Shown piece after piece: positions 37,386 to 51,509 of a stretch of DNA of 64,000 nucleotides (position 1 is its first letter; each line of letters starts with the position of its first letter). Source of the stretch: Octopus sinensis (Eukaryota); the NCBI RefSeq assembly GCF_006345805.1, contig NC_043009.1, forward strand, positions 26,474,001 to 26,538,000, given 5' to 3'. The notes beneath the pieces are model-generated. The model worked only from the letters and a program-made list of their open reading frames with translations. It did no database searches and was not told the DNA's origin. A program made the translations under genes and the position numbers.

Positions 37386-39254
37386 GGCAACAACAACTTA
37401 TAGACTCAAGCTATAAAACATAATGACTGCACCAACAATTCAAAGAAACCATTTCCAGTCTCAGCCAAAACATGATACACTGGTATGGAAGAAAATAAGA
37501 AAGAAAAAACAAACACACATGCGCACACACACACACATACACACATATAAAGAGAGAGAGAGAAAGATGTCTATGTATATAATAAGCGCAGGAATAGCTG
37601 TGTGGTTAAGCAGTTTGTTTCCCAACTATATGGCTTCAGGTTCAACCATACTGTGCGACACCTTCTGCAAGTGTCTTCCACAAGAGTTCCAGGCTGATCA
37701 AAGCTTTGTGAGTGGATTTTAGCGATGGAAACTGAAAGGAGCCTGTTGTACACACACACACACACAGATATATATATAGGTGTGTGTATGTATGTATATG
37801 CATGTGAGTGTGTGTATGTTTGTGTCTAGTCGTCTTGACATTGCATAATGTTGATGCTTTGTGGCTGTGTGGTAAGTAGCTTACTCACCAACCACATGAT
37901 TCCGGGTTCAGTCCCACTGCATGGTACCTTGGGCAAGTGTATTCTACTATAGCCTGGGGCCGACCAAAGCCTTAGTACCAACTTGGCTGAAACCACCTCA
38001 CCTTTGGCTCTGTAGTACAAATGTCTTGTTTTCGAAAGTTTTGAATTAAAATCTTCCACTAAACCTTAGTCACATTTTATGTTCCTAACACCAGCTTAAT
38101 GATAACTAAGTAATTTTATTAAATTCTTTGTTATATTTGTATATATGTATATATATATGTATGTGTGTGTATATGTTTGTGTGTCTGTGTTTGTCCCCAA
38201 CAACATCGCTTGACATCCCCGTAACTTAGCGGTTCGGCAAAATAGACCGATAGAATAAGTACTAGGCTTACAAAGAATAAGTCCTGGGGTCAATTTGCTC
38301 AACTAAAGGCTGTGCTCCAGCATGGCTGCAGTCAAATGACTGAAACGAGTAAAAGAAAAGAATAAAAGAAAATATTTCCATGCCAGAACATGCCTGACCA
38401 ATGGGGAAATATTACCTTGATTGGAAACAGGTGAGAGGGTTGACAACAAGAAGGGCATCTGACCACAGAAGGTTTGCCCCCAGAAACTCCCTCCAACCCA
38501 TGCAAGTATAGAAAAGTGGACCTTGACATGGTGATGATGATGATGATATGACATACGTGTATATGTGTGTCTTTCCATGTTAAATGAGGCACTGTGTGTC
38601 TCACATTTTGGTTGCATATCAATGACAACGTAAGAGAAAACAAAAATAGTATTAATACAAATGTGTCAACAGCCATGATTGTGAATTATTCTTGATCTGG
38701 GAGCCAATTATATATTGTTATTGAACTGTTATTGAACTGTGCGATAATTAGAGGTGATTGTTGACATAAATTACTCTTGACAAGTGAATAATTAACTTAC
38801 AACACCAACAAATCACAAGGTCATATTTTTCTAGTTCCCGCAGTAGATTTATATCAGAAAATTTATTTAATTGTGAAAAGAAGGTCTCCAAATACATTAA
38901 ATTTTGAATTTATTACAGTATTTAAATACTCATAAATATCATTGCTTAACCAATGTCAGTTATAGCTTTTAGCTTTGTTTTCCATTTTGTAGACATTTCG
39001 AAAATGTCTTGTGAGTGAATTTGGCAAATGGAAACTGTGCAGAAGACCGTTATTCTTTTATTTGTTTCAGTCATTTGACTGCGGCAATGCTGGAGTACTG
39101 CCTTTTTAGTCGAACAAATCAACTCCAGAGCTTATTTTTTGTAAGCCGAGTACTTATTTATTCAGTCTTATCTGCTAAACCACTAAGTTACAGGGATGCA
39201 AACACACCAACATCGGTTGTCAAGCAATGAAGTGGGGACAAACACAGACACACA

Positions 39255-39292
<38 letters not shown>

Positions 39293-42200
39293 AAGGGCTT
39301 CTTTCAGTTTCCATCTACCAAATCCACTCAAAAGGTTTTGGTCGACCTGAGGTTATAGTAAAAGACACGTTCCCAAGGTGCCATGCATTGGGACTGAACC
39401 CAGAACCATGTGGTTGATAAGCAAGCTACTCCTGTGCCACTGGGTATATATGCTTGTTTTTATGTACGTTATATTAAAAACAATCTTATATTAAACTGAA
39501 GGATTACTCAATACATTTGGTAGAGTATAGATTTATTATTCTTTAACAAGAATAGCATAGAAGTTTTGGCCAGTCTCTTTCAACTTACTGCCTGGAGGCA
39601 GAAGAGGCTTTCTTTTTATTCCACGGACAAATTGCGTAAAACTAGACAAATTCCTAGACAATAAGTTAAATCAAGACACTGCAAAACATAACACAGACAG
39701 AAACTTGTATAATAAATAAAATAGTGAAAGTAGGGAAGACAGAAAAGAAAGAAAAAATTAAATAATCTTAATATTTCGTGCACAAAGGCCTATCATCAAA
39801 AGTAAACAGTTAAGAAATGTCAGTCTATTTAGAAACAAACCATGCTGTTTGTGATACAGACAATGATTTTGCAGCATCCTTGAAAGAGGTAGCAGCAACC
39901 AATTAGTTATTATACAGAAGAGAGAATCTAACATTTCTCTTCATTATCATGAAGAAACAGGTCTGAAATATGAACTCAAGGATCATCGAAAGGAACTAAT
40001 ATACCGAACACTGGAATCTAACAGGAAATGGTTGTGAAGAAAATCATCATTTATGTCCATTTATGGCATGGGTTGGGTGGTTTGACAGGATCCCAGCTAA
40101 CCACAGGGCTGCTTACAGAGGACACATTAAAAAAATAATGCACATAAAATATTTATTAAATGAAAGGGCTAACAACAGACAACTCTTAACACAGGATGGT
40201 CATGGCTTGAACATCTTTGATGAAATGATAGGTCTGCTTCATCAGGTTTGACTTGTGGTTAAACAGCGACAACACCAACAATTTTTAACCCTTTAGCATT
40301 TAATCCAGCTATATCTGGCCCAAATATTCTATTTTATGTTAAAATTCACCAGATCCAACCTCTCACACCTACCCTACAATGTCATTCTAAAAATATACAA
40401 ACACTCCATTGAAATCTTGAAGCTATGAGATAATGTGTGATTTAATTCAAAACACTGTGAGTCGCTGCCAGAGCCACCTGACTGGCTCCCTGTGCTGGTG
40501 GCACATAAAAGGCACCATCTGAATGCAGCCGATGCCAGTGCTGCCTCACTGGCTCCTGTGCTGGTGGCATGTAAAAGGCACCATCTGAACGTGGCCAATG
40601 CCAGTGCCACCCGACTGGCTCCTGTGCCGGTGGCACGTAAAAAGCACCCACTACACTCCCGGAGTGGTTGTCGTTAGGAAGGGCATCCAGCTGTAGAAAC
40701 ACTGCCAGATCAGATTGGAGCCTGGTGTGACTTCCTGGTTTGCCAGTCCCCAGTCAAACTGTCCAACCCATGCCAGCATGAAAAAACGGACATTAAACAA
40801 TGATGATGATGATGACGATGATGATTTGACAACGAAATCTGAACGCAAAAGGATTAAGAGCAGCAAGAGGAAATATAAGTAGTGTTACCTTTAAGCAACG
40901 TTCTGAGACCGATCTTGGTTTCCTGATGATGCTGCTTTCCTGTGCGTTGAGTTGATGTGGAAGGTGAGCGACTGAGTTTCTCAAAGGTGCAGCCAACTGC
41001 ATGTCAACTAGCCACGTCAGCAGAGAGGGCAAGAGGTCACCAATACACTGCAGAACCTATAAATTAATGGAATGTAGAAGGGGAAGAAAAACACAATTAA
41101 TCAGCAACATCTACACCATCATCAGTTATTATTATCACCACATTAGGCAGAATGGTTTATTCTGCCTAAATAATGGAACTACAGATACAATATCCCTGCA
41201 TATCTCACGTCTATTTTCATTCCTCCACTTCACTCTCTATTTCATACCTTATCTAGAATAACTATTGCTTAACCATTTTCTCAGACCATCTCTGATGAAG
41301 GGATATACAAAATATCCTGGAAACTGATATAAGATTTTCTATTTATAAATGTTCTGAAATCTTTCACAGCCTTTATGTGTGTGTGTGTGTTTGGCAATAT
41401 GTTGTGCTTTAGAAGTCTTGTGAAGCCAAGTGAAATCATAGCCGTGGCCTTTACCAGTGTCATGTAAATGACACCCATGCCAGTGGCACACAAAAAGCAC
41501 CCTGTACACTCTAGAGTAGTTGGTGTTAGGAAGAGCATCCAGCTGTAGGAACCATACCAAATCAGATTGGAACCCGGTACAGCTCTTCAGCTTACCAGCT
41601 TCAGTCAAACTGTTTAACCCTTGCCAACATGGGATGCAGGCATTGATCATGATGATGCTACTGTAAATGGTCGTTAATATAAATATACCATCAAGAATGA
41701 ATGACACCTGAGGACATTCAGATATCAAAGTAAACACAGCATAAGTATAGATAATTAGAATATTTATACTGTTCTGTAATATAAATAGTTACAGGTGTTT
41801 ATATGTCTTTAGGAATGAAAAACACACCTGGCGAAGATTAGATATCAAACCAAATCAAAGAGAACAGTATAGCTATAGATGTTGGGAGTAAAGTGTTTGA
41901 AGATGAGGTTAATAACCTCAAAATTTAATAATCTTAATTAAGAAAAACAAAACAATTAATTTCAGACATTTAAACATGGAATCAAATTAGGAAATTATTT
42001 CAAATCAATTTGAAAAATAATCAACACCAAAACAAAACAAAACAAAACAACAAAATCAATAGATAAATAATTTAAATGAATTGGCTCAGCTCACAATAAT
42101 TCAGTGAAAAATAAAAATAAATGAATTCAATCATAAATCATGGAATCTTTGATTTTATTTCATATTTATTTCATATCCATAAATTTTCAAATCCGAAAAA

Positions 42201-45200
42201 TATTTACAATACATCCTAATCAACATATTGGCTTAAAGGACTGATGTGTGTGTGTGTGTGTGTGTAGGTGTGTGTGTGTGTGTGTGTGTGTGTGACACTG
42301 CCTCAGAGAATTCTGTCTAACCCATGAGACGGCGAGCTGGCAGAATTGTTAGCCTGCCAGGCAAAATAATTAGTGGTATTTCGTCTGTATTTCGTTCTGA
42401 ATTCAAATTCCGTGGAGGTCGACTTTGCCTTTCATCCTTTCGGGGTCGATAAATCAAGTACCAGTTACGCACTGGGGTCGATATAATCGACTTAATCCAT
42501 TTGTCCTCTCTGTGTTTAGCCCCTTGTGGGTAGTAAAGAAATAGATATTTCGTCTGTCTTTACGTTCTGAGTTCAAATTCCGCCAAGGTCAACTTTGCAT
42601 TTCATCCTTTTGGGGTCGATAAATGAAGTACCAGTGGCATACTGGTCTCAATCTAATTGACTGGCTCTTCCTCCCCCAAAATTTTGGGCCTTGTGCCGAA
42701 AGTAGAAAAGATTGTCTAACCCATGCAAATATAGAAAAGTGAGCAGGAGTAGCTGTGTGGTAAGAAGTTTGCTTCCCAACCCCATGGTTCTGGGTTCAGT
42801 CCCACTACCTGACCTCACGCCAACCAAAGCCTTCAGAATGGATTTGTTAGAAAGAAGCCCATTGTGTGTGAGTGAGTATGTTTGTCCTCCACCACCACTT
42901 CACAACAGGTGTTGGTGTATTTACATCCCTGTGACAGAGGTTTGACAAACAGGCAGATAGAATAAGTACCGTCTTTAAAAAAAAAAGAAGTACTGAGGTT
43001 GACTCATTAAACTAAAATTCTTTAAAACAATGCTCCAGCATGGCCATAGTCTAATGACTGAAACAAGTAAAAGATAAAGATTAAAACTATGCTGCTGCTA
43101 GTGATGATGATGATGATAATGAAAATGATGGTGATGATGATAATGAGGATGATGATGATAATGAGGATGACGATGATAATGAGGATGATGATGATAATGA
43201 GGAGGAGGAGGAGGAGCGGATGATGATGATGATGACAATTATATCTTTTATCCCATGTATACAGGGTGCGATGGGTAAATCATTGCCACTTTATATTTTG
43301 TATTTTGTGCATGCGCATTGCTTGTTTTTGATTTTGTTGACTACACAGCATAGTAGGGTCAGTTGGGCACCATCTGAGGGAAAAACAGCACCATGATACA
43401 ATTCACTCTGCCAGAAATTTGGAAATGACATGCTGTACTGTTTGGCATTTGCACCAGAAGCTCCAATACAAATGGTTCAGAGTGTTTGGGTGTCAAGCTG
43501 AGGACATGTACTGAGAGTGATAAAAATCAAACAACCATTTGACATCTTGGTGTTTGGAGCGATCACTAGTGATGGTGATGTTATGCCTCCATTCATCTTC
43601 CCACACAGCCTCAGACTCAACATAGAAGCCTACATCAAGTGCCTGGAGCGGGTAGTGCTGCCCTGGGTCAAGAGGGTGACTGCTGGAGGTCCCTGTCTGG
43701 CAATAGGACTCTGCACCATGCTACAAGCAGGAGAATCCAGTCATGGCTGTCAGACAATTTCTGCAACCACATCACCCCTAACATCTGACTTCCTAACTCC
43801 CCAGATTGCAACCCCCTTGATAATAATCAAGGGGGTTGCAATGTGTGGGGTGAAGTTGAGTGAGAGACCAACAAAACTCCTTGTAACACCAAAGATGAAC
43901 TGAAGACAAGGATTATGGCAGCATTCACAAACTTAAACTCCAGAAGAGTTGCAGGAGATTCAAAAGTTGTCTGGAGGCCGTGGCTGAAGCCAATGGCGAT
44001 TTTATTGAATAAATTTACTCTTTAGTATTTCAAGATATTTTTATGTAATTTTGGTAAATATATTTGTTAAAATGAGATGTAAGTGTTATTTTCATTTTTG
44101 TGTAATTTAGACGACAGTTTATTCACTGCACCCTGTACATATATTGATTTCAAATTCTGACACAAGAACCATCAATTTGTGTTCAACTGGTACTTGATTT
44201 ATCAACCCAAAAGGATGAAAGGCAAAGTCAACCTCGACAGCATTTGAACTCAGAACGTAAGAGTTGGAAGAAATGAAGCTAAGCATTTATATACATTTAC
44301 ATATATTGCAAAGTGATATATATAACTTGGAATCATCTTTTAGTAGAGTGCACATCAAGACATGTTACAGAACTACTTTCATCCATTTAGAGAATGCTTA
44401 ATATTCGAAAATAGACCATTTATTCCCATCAAGAATTCACTACCTGTCAATACCATATCTACAAGTTCAATAGTTGAGATGTACAGTAATGCTATTGGTC
44501 ATATTTGTGTGTGTGTGTGTGCACGTGCGTACATGCATACATGTGTGTGCATGTATGTGTCTATGTGTGCATGTGAAAGAAACAAGAAAAAAGCTTTGGT
44601 TTTTCTCTCTTTTTTTCTGAATCTTTTTTCTTTATTTTTCTCTTTATCTCTTTAATATATTCTCGTTCTATGCCAGCTGTAGTTTCTGATCAAATGCAAA
44701 CCATTAATATTATGGTTTTAAATCAAAACTAATTCTGGCAGAAATATCTAAGCATGATTACATACACACATGAAATGGATTACACCAGATTCTGTATGAT
44801 AACAACGTTGTTGTTGTTGTTTAACCCCAGGTCGGATCAGTGTATCACTATAGACATTCAAGCCATGATCAGTTCATTTTTATTAAATATTTTGTCGTTG
44901 TTTTCCATCCACAAACACAGAGTGGTTCAGGGGTGTGTACCTTCTGCAATAGCCTGGGGCTGACTAAAGTGTTGTGAATGGATTTGGTAGACAGAAACTG
45001 AAAGAAACCTGTCAGATGGATGGACGGACGGACAGACAGACGGATGGATGGATGGATAAATGGATGGATGGACGGATGGAGGGACGGACGGATGGATGGA
45101 TTAAAATAGATGAATGAATGGATAGACAGACAAATAGATGAATAGATAGATTGATAGAGAGAGAGAGAGAGAGAGAGACAGGTAGATAGATAGACAAGTA

Positions 45201-45207
45201 GATAGAC

Positions 45208-45238
<31 letters not shown>

Positions 45239-45312
45239 GACAGGTAGATAGATAGATAGAAGATAAAGAGAGAGAGAGAGAGGTAGATAAATAGAAGGAT
45301 AGATAGACAAGT

Positions 45313-45356
<44 letters not shown>

Positions 45357-47461
45357 GGTGAGATAGACAGGTGGATGGATGGACAGATAGAGAGAGAGAG
45401 AGACAGGTAGATAGATACACGGATGAATGTATGTATGCATGGATGGATGGATGGATAAATAAATATAGTTAACTGGATAGATGGATGAGTAACTGGAGGG
45501 ATAGACAGATGGATGGATGGCTGAATGGATAAAAGTTTGTGTGTGTGTTTGTTTTGATATGTAAAAATAGTAAAACAAGCATCACCACCATCACCATCAT
45601 CATCATCATCACAGAAGTGGTATCATTCGTCTTTAATCTGTGTAAGAAATTTTTACCTTAACCAGAAACAGGTGATAGTTGGTCAAAGGAAGGGCATCAA
45701 GCCATAGGAAATCTGCCTCGACAGATTCTAACTGACCCATGCAAGCATGGAAGAGTGGACATTAAGATGACAATGATGATGATGAGGAGGAGGAGGAGGA
45801 TGCTGAGGATGATGAAACAGCATTGAGGTGGACATTATCCAATAAGTCTTCCTTTTTACTAAGGCGTAGAGTGTGGTCTGAAGGAGATTAGAAGGCAATT
45901 TGAAGGAGATTTATTTTATATTTGAGAGGATTACTAAAGTTCATTGATTAGTTATCATTAGCCACATTCATGCAACATCTTGAAGAAGTGAATCAATTCT
46001 AGCAATGCCACCCCACCCCCACCCCAATGCAGCGTAATGAGCTTTGCAAATGAACCCTGAATTAGAGTCAACATGACACAGTATGTGACAAGGTTAGATC
46101 TTTGAATTACAGGCACAACGCAGCTGATAGGCTTCCGTACAGTTTCCAGCAATGTAATTCCACTGACAAGGCTTGGGTTGAGCTGAGGCTATGGTAAAAG
46201 ACACTTGCTCCAGGTGCCATTCAGTGAGATTGAACAGGGGACTTGTTATTCAAAAGCAAATTTCTGAGCCATTTGTTGTATCTACAGTAATTTACTTGAT
46301 TCAGCCAACGAAGGAACAACTCAAGCTAAGAAGGAAGCTTCTACATGGTCAGTCAACAGCTAAATCATCCTCAAATCGTCCCAAAAAGGGTCTCTTGAGA
46401 AATGTAATTTTAGAGACATGCAGGCAGTGCTCAAGCATGGCCGCAGTCAAATGACTGAAACAAATAAAAGAATATTGAAATAAAAGAAATAAAATGGGAT
46501 GGTCACAGTTGGAACACATTTGATCATAATTCCGCTGGATCAAATCTGACCTGAGGATTAAACAACAACAATAAAAGAGCCCCTACATGATCATTTGACC
46601 AACTAAAAATAGCAACCAAATTGCCCTCAAACCTAAAAAAAAACCCTTCTTTCTAATGAGATTTCACTAGTGAATCTACAGTAGTGGAACCAGCTTGATT
46701 CACCTTTGGTAAATACTGACACATGAACAGTTTCACATCAATTAGCCAGAAGATGTAGCAGGAAAAACACATTTTCAAGGTACCACACAGTCAAATTGAA
46801 CCTGCAACCTAGTGATTGTCAAATGAATTTCTACACTTCACAGCTATATTTAACCAATAACTTATGTCTTTAAAAGTGAAAGCCATATTTACCTTAGAAG
46901 CTTTAAGTGATCTCTTGTGCGGTTTTTCAGTTGAGCTTTTGGCAGTCTTGGAACTGGTTGTCTCTTGTTTTACATCAATTGCCAAGCTGGGTACTATCTG
47001 TTTTTGATTCTGTTCATGAAGTCGCTAAAACCATACAGACAGATATATATAGATATATAATTACCTAAGAAACCAGATGTCAGAGAAAATATTCACTCAC
47101 ATACTTGTCGACAGAGTGAGTACACTAATCAAGGTATACAGTATTATAGATCCGTTTCAGCCGATCTTACCAATTGATTTCACAAAGGGCATTACATAAC
47201 CAGATATCAGGTAACAGCACAGTTAAGGGTTCACCTCCCATAACTTCATTCCGTCTATTATTTTCACAGCACCCATAAAATGGATATAACATTTTTCACC
47301 TCAAATAACAGTTGCCAGATTTTTCCATACCTGCCAGCTCTGAAGAGCACATGGTGTTACTTAACCATGCATTTAACTAATATCTGATTATCTAACAGCC
47401 AGTGTGAAACCAAATGGCGTGATTGGCTGAAATGGCTATAAAATGCAGTATACTTTGATTA

Positions 47462-47495
<34 letters not shown>

Positions 47496-50447
47496 TATAT
47501 ATAGAAAATCATAGTGTTATATGCGGCTAAATTCTGTTTTTAAATGACCTGCTTCAAGAATTGGTTTCAGTATGATGTGTTTATTTATTTTAGTAGTTTT
47601 GACTTTAAGAGTCCCTCCTAGCGTGAGGCATTTATGTGTAATAGTGCCCTCTATATAACACATATATATATATGACATGCATACAGATATAAACAACCCA
47701 TATTTAATAATAGCCAATACAAATGTAGATTGGCTGATTTCTCCAGCCACACTTTACATCATATAGCAAGAAAGGGAAAGAGAGTAAAAGAGAAAGAGAG
47801 AGAGAGAATTAGCCTAAGAGGTGCAGCATGAGCACATATACTAGGCTTGATGACATGCACTGAGTAAAGGAATGTTACACTCACACACAATGAGTGAGAA
47901 AGAATCACAGTGAGAGAAGAGGAAAAAGAGGAGGAATAACAACAGAGCAGTTATGGTGGGGGGTGTATCAAATTTTGCAGAGACATGTTTCAACGAAGTA
48001 GATTGCAATTTTAAAATATAACGATGTATATTCATTGCAAATAGACAAATGAGAAATTTGTTTTATTTGAATTCGTTTTGAGGTAATAAATATTTTGCTT
48101 TTTGGAAATTAGAATTCATTTTACTGTTTCATATAAACAAGAAGAAATTTGAGAAAAGTTAAGCTATAATTATTGTATGTTTACCATATTTCCTAATATT
48201 ACCCATAATTGCAAAAGTATTCTTCCAAAGCTACTCATTATATGACAGGTAACACACATACATACACACACACACACAGATATATATATTGCCGTGGCAC
48301 TCTGTTGGTTATGACGACGAGGGTTCCATTTGATCCAATCAACGGAACAGTCTGCTCGTGAAATTAACGTGCAAGTGGCTGAGAACTCCACAGACAAGTG
48401 TACCCTTAATGTAGTTCTTGGAGAGATTCGGTGTGACACAGAGTGTGTCAAGGCTGGCCCTTCGAAATACAGGTACAGCAGAAACAGGAAGAAAGAATGA
48501 GAGAAAATTGTGGTGAAAGAGTACAGCAGGGTTTACAACCCCATCCCCTGCCAGAGCCTCATGGAGCTTTAGATGTTTTCGGTCAATAAACACTCTCAAC
48601 GTCCAGTCTGGGTATCAAAACCGTGATCCTATGACCACAAGTCCGCTACCCTAACCAATGGGCATTTGCACCTCCACATACACCCACACACACATATATC
48701 ATCATCATCATTAAACATCTGTTTTCCATGCTAGCAGGGGTTGGACTGTTTGGCTTGGCTTCTATGGCTGAATGACCTTCCTAATGCCAACCTCTTTACA
48801 GAAAGTACTTGGTGTTTATAATGTGACAGTGGCACAGGTGCTTTTTTTTTTTTAATGGCACCAGCACTAACAAGGTCACTGAATAACTTACAAGTCAAAA
48901 CCCCTTTCAGCTTAGAGGGGAGCATTAACCAAGGTGGTTTTACCCACTCAGCTGGGAAAATGCACACATATACACAAATACATACATACATACATATATA
49001 TTTATATAATTAGTGTTTGTCACCACTTAAATATGGCTGTTCCATAGGAACCTACATTACTGCCGCTTTAACCCCAGAAGGACACCTCCTCCAGCTGGTT
49101 GTTCAATGCACACTGCACTTGATATATATTGCAAGCTAGGGGCAAACCCCTACCATCTTCTAGCAATGACAGTAAGACCACCAGACCGTCCAGTTTTGAG
49201 GATGAAATTGGACAGTCTGGTGATCCTGTTGTCATCACCAGAAGATGATAGGGGGTTGCTCCTCTGCTTGCAATATGTGTCAGGTGCAGACTGCAATGAA
49301 TAACAAGCTGGAGGAGGCAATCCCCCTGAGGTTGAAAATGGTAGTAATGTTGGTTCATATGGAACAGCCCTGTTGAAGTGGCAACAGACATTTTTCTCAG
49401 AATAGTCTCCACTTTCATCTCTTATAGAGATTTTCTAACTACACACACACACACCCCATATCATCATCATCCTGTTTTAAATCCGGATTTTGTCCCCATT
49501 AACAGGAGTGGCTGGACCTACCTCAATGCCATACCAACCACCCTCAAACCATCTCGCCCAGTTTTGGACGTCCTCCTTTTTCAAACAAACCCTCCCAATC
49601 TCCTCCTCCCCCTGTCCCCTCCACATTTTCCTCGGTCTACCTCGCTTTCATGCTCCATTTATCTCAAATGCAATCACCCTCCACAGAACATGCTCTTCAT
49701 CCCTCCTCAACACATGCCCATACCACCACACTCCATTTGCCCTTGCCAGCCATTCCACTGATTCCTCAAACCCCATCAAGTCCTCAGTCCTCCTCTTATC
49801 AAACAGATTCACACCACACATTTCTCTCGCCATTGCTCTCTCAGTCCTTCTCAAAATTACCGTTTCTCTCTCCTTCAGATACCATGTGTATACACACACA
49901 AGCACACACACAAACACAAGAAATCTTTTACCTGCAAATTTGTTAACCTGGCCTGTAAACTGTTGATTTGTTTATCACATTTGGTCCGTTCATTGGTTAA
50001 ACTTTCTACCTATGAAAAAAAAACAATTCAGAACAATAGAATCAAAATGTTAATCGATGATGCTTTCATCTCTCATCACCTGGCATAAATCCACCTCCCT
50101 CAGTACTATACTCCAATTCACTTAAAGGGTTGTTCTGTTGAGTTACTTGGCAAACTCATTAGTGCTGGTGCTACATAGAAGGCAGCCCATAAAGGCATCC
50201 AGACAATTGGAGCTTGGTGCAGTCCTCTAACACATTGAATCCTGTCCTATTGTCCAACCCATTCCAGCATAGAAAACAGACAAAGAATGATTAATCATTA
50301 TCATCATCATTGTTAGTATTCTCAACATCATTTTTGGCCTGTTTTTTCTATGCTGGCATGGGTTGGACAAGACTTATTGAAGCAGTGTTCTATAGCTGGA
50401 TGCCCTTCCACTCACCAGCCCATTTTTATCAAGTAAATAAAAAAAAG

Positions 50448-50484
<37 letters not shown>

Positions 50485-51468
50485 AGCTTCTTTCAGTTTC
50501 TGTCTACAAAATCCATTTACAAGGCTTTGGTCGTCCAGAGGCCGAAGACACTTGCCCAAGGTGCCATGCAGTGGACTGAATCTGGAACCATGGTGTTAGG
50601 AAACAAACTTCTTCCCACACAGCCAAGCTTGTGCATTATTCTTATTTTAAAATCTCTGAAAATATCTGTTGAGATTAAAATCTGAATCAAACATTAACTG
50701 ATCAGTGTGCAGAGACATAACTAAGGATGGGACAAGGTTCAATATATTTTCATATGATGAAATCCCACCCTTATTAGTAATTTCCATAAAAATTTAACAT
50801 TGGGATCACTAATCCATGTAAATATCTAAAAAAAAACAAAAAAAACAGCACATTCTGAATGGCAATTAGATCACCTTTTGTGTCTGCTTTCCATGCTAAG
50901 ATGGGTTGGATGGTTTGACTAAAACTGGTAAGCCGAGAAGCTGCAACAGGTTCCAATCTGATTTGGCACAATTTTCTACAGCTAGATACCCTTTCTAATG
51001 CCAACCACTCCAAGTGTGTAGTGGGTGCTATTGACATCACACAGGCATCGGCCATGACTACGACCTTACTAAATAGGAATGATAAATCACTGTTAAATTA
51101 GGTTGTGCGTCATTAAAATAATCTTATGCTTTTTTTACCCCCTGTTTTTGTTAAACATGAAAAGATGGGGTTTCAGAAATACCATTCTGTGAAAGGGGGT
51201 GCTAAGAATTACTGCTCAAGATTAATTTATTTTAATAAAGTAAAAGTTTCAAGCCAGAAATTCTAAATAAATAGGAGACTGTGCAACTATCCATTCCTTT
51301 GCCGCCACCCCCACTCTCCCTAATTACTTACCTCACTTCTCAGCACTTCATTAGCAGACTTTAGGGTCTCAAAATTCTCACGAAGACGTTTGTTTTCTTT
51401 GATTTTCTCTTTAAGATGGATCAGAGATTTCTCAAGTTCTTGCTTGAAACTCTACAGACCAAAGAAAT

Positions 51469-51509
<41 letters not shown>

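Noticed and set aside
41287-41334. Hammerhead-like motif near exon 8 (+ strand)
   Set aside because: Stem III mismatched and an extra base before GAAA; probably inactive, and antisense to the gene
47140-47180. GAAAC...UA half motif on the minus strand
   Set aside because: No CUGANGA box upstream
48590-48675. tRNA gene candidates (this and other SINE heads)
   Set aside because: A/B boxes present but cloverleaf broken and fused to SINE bodies
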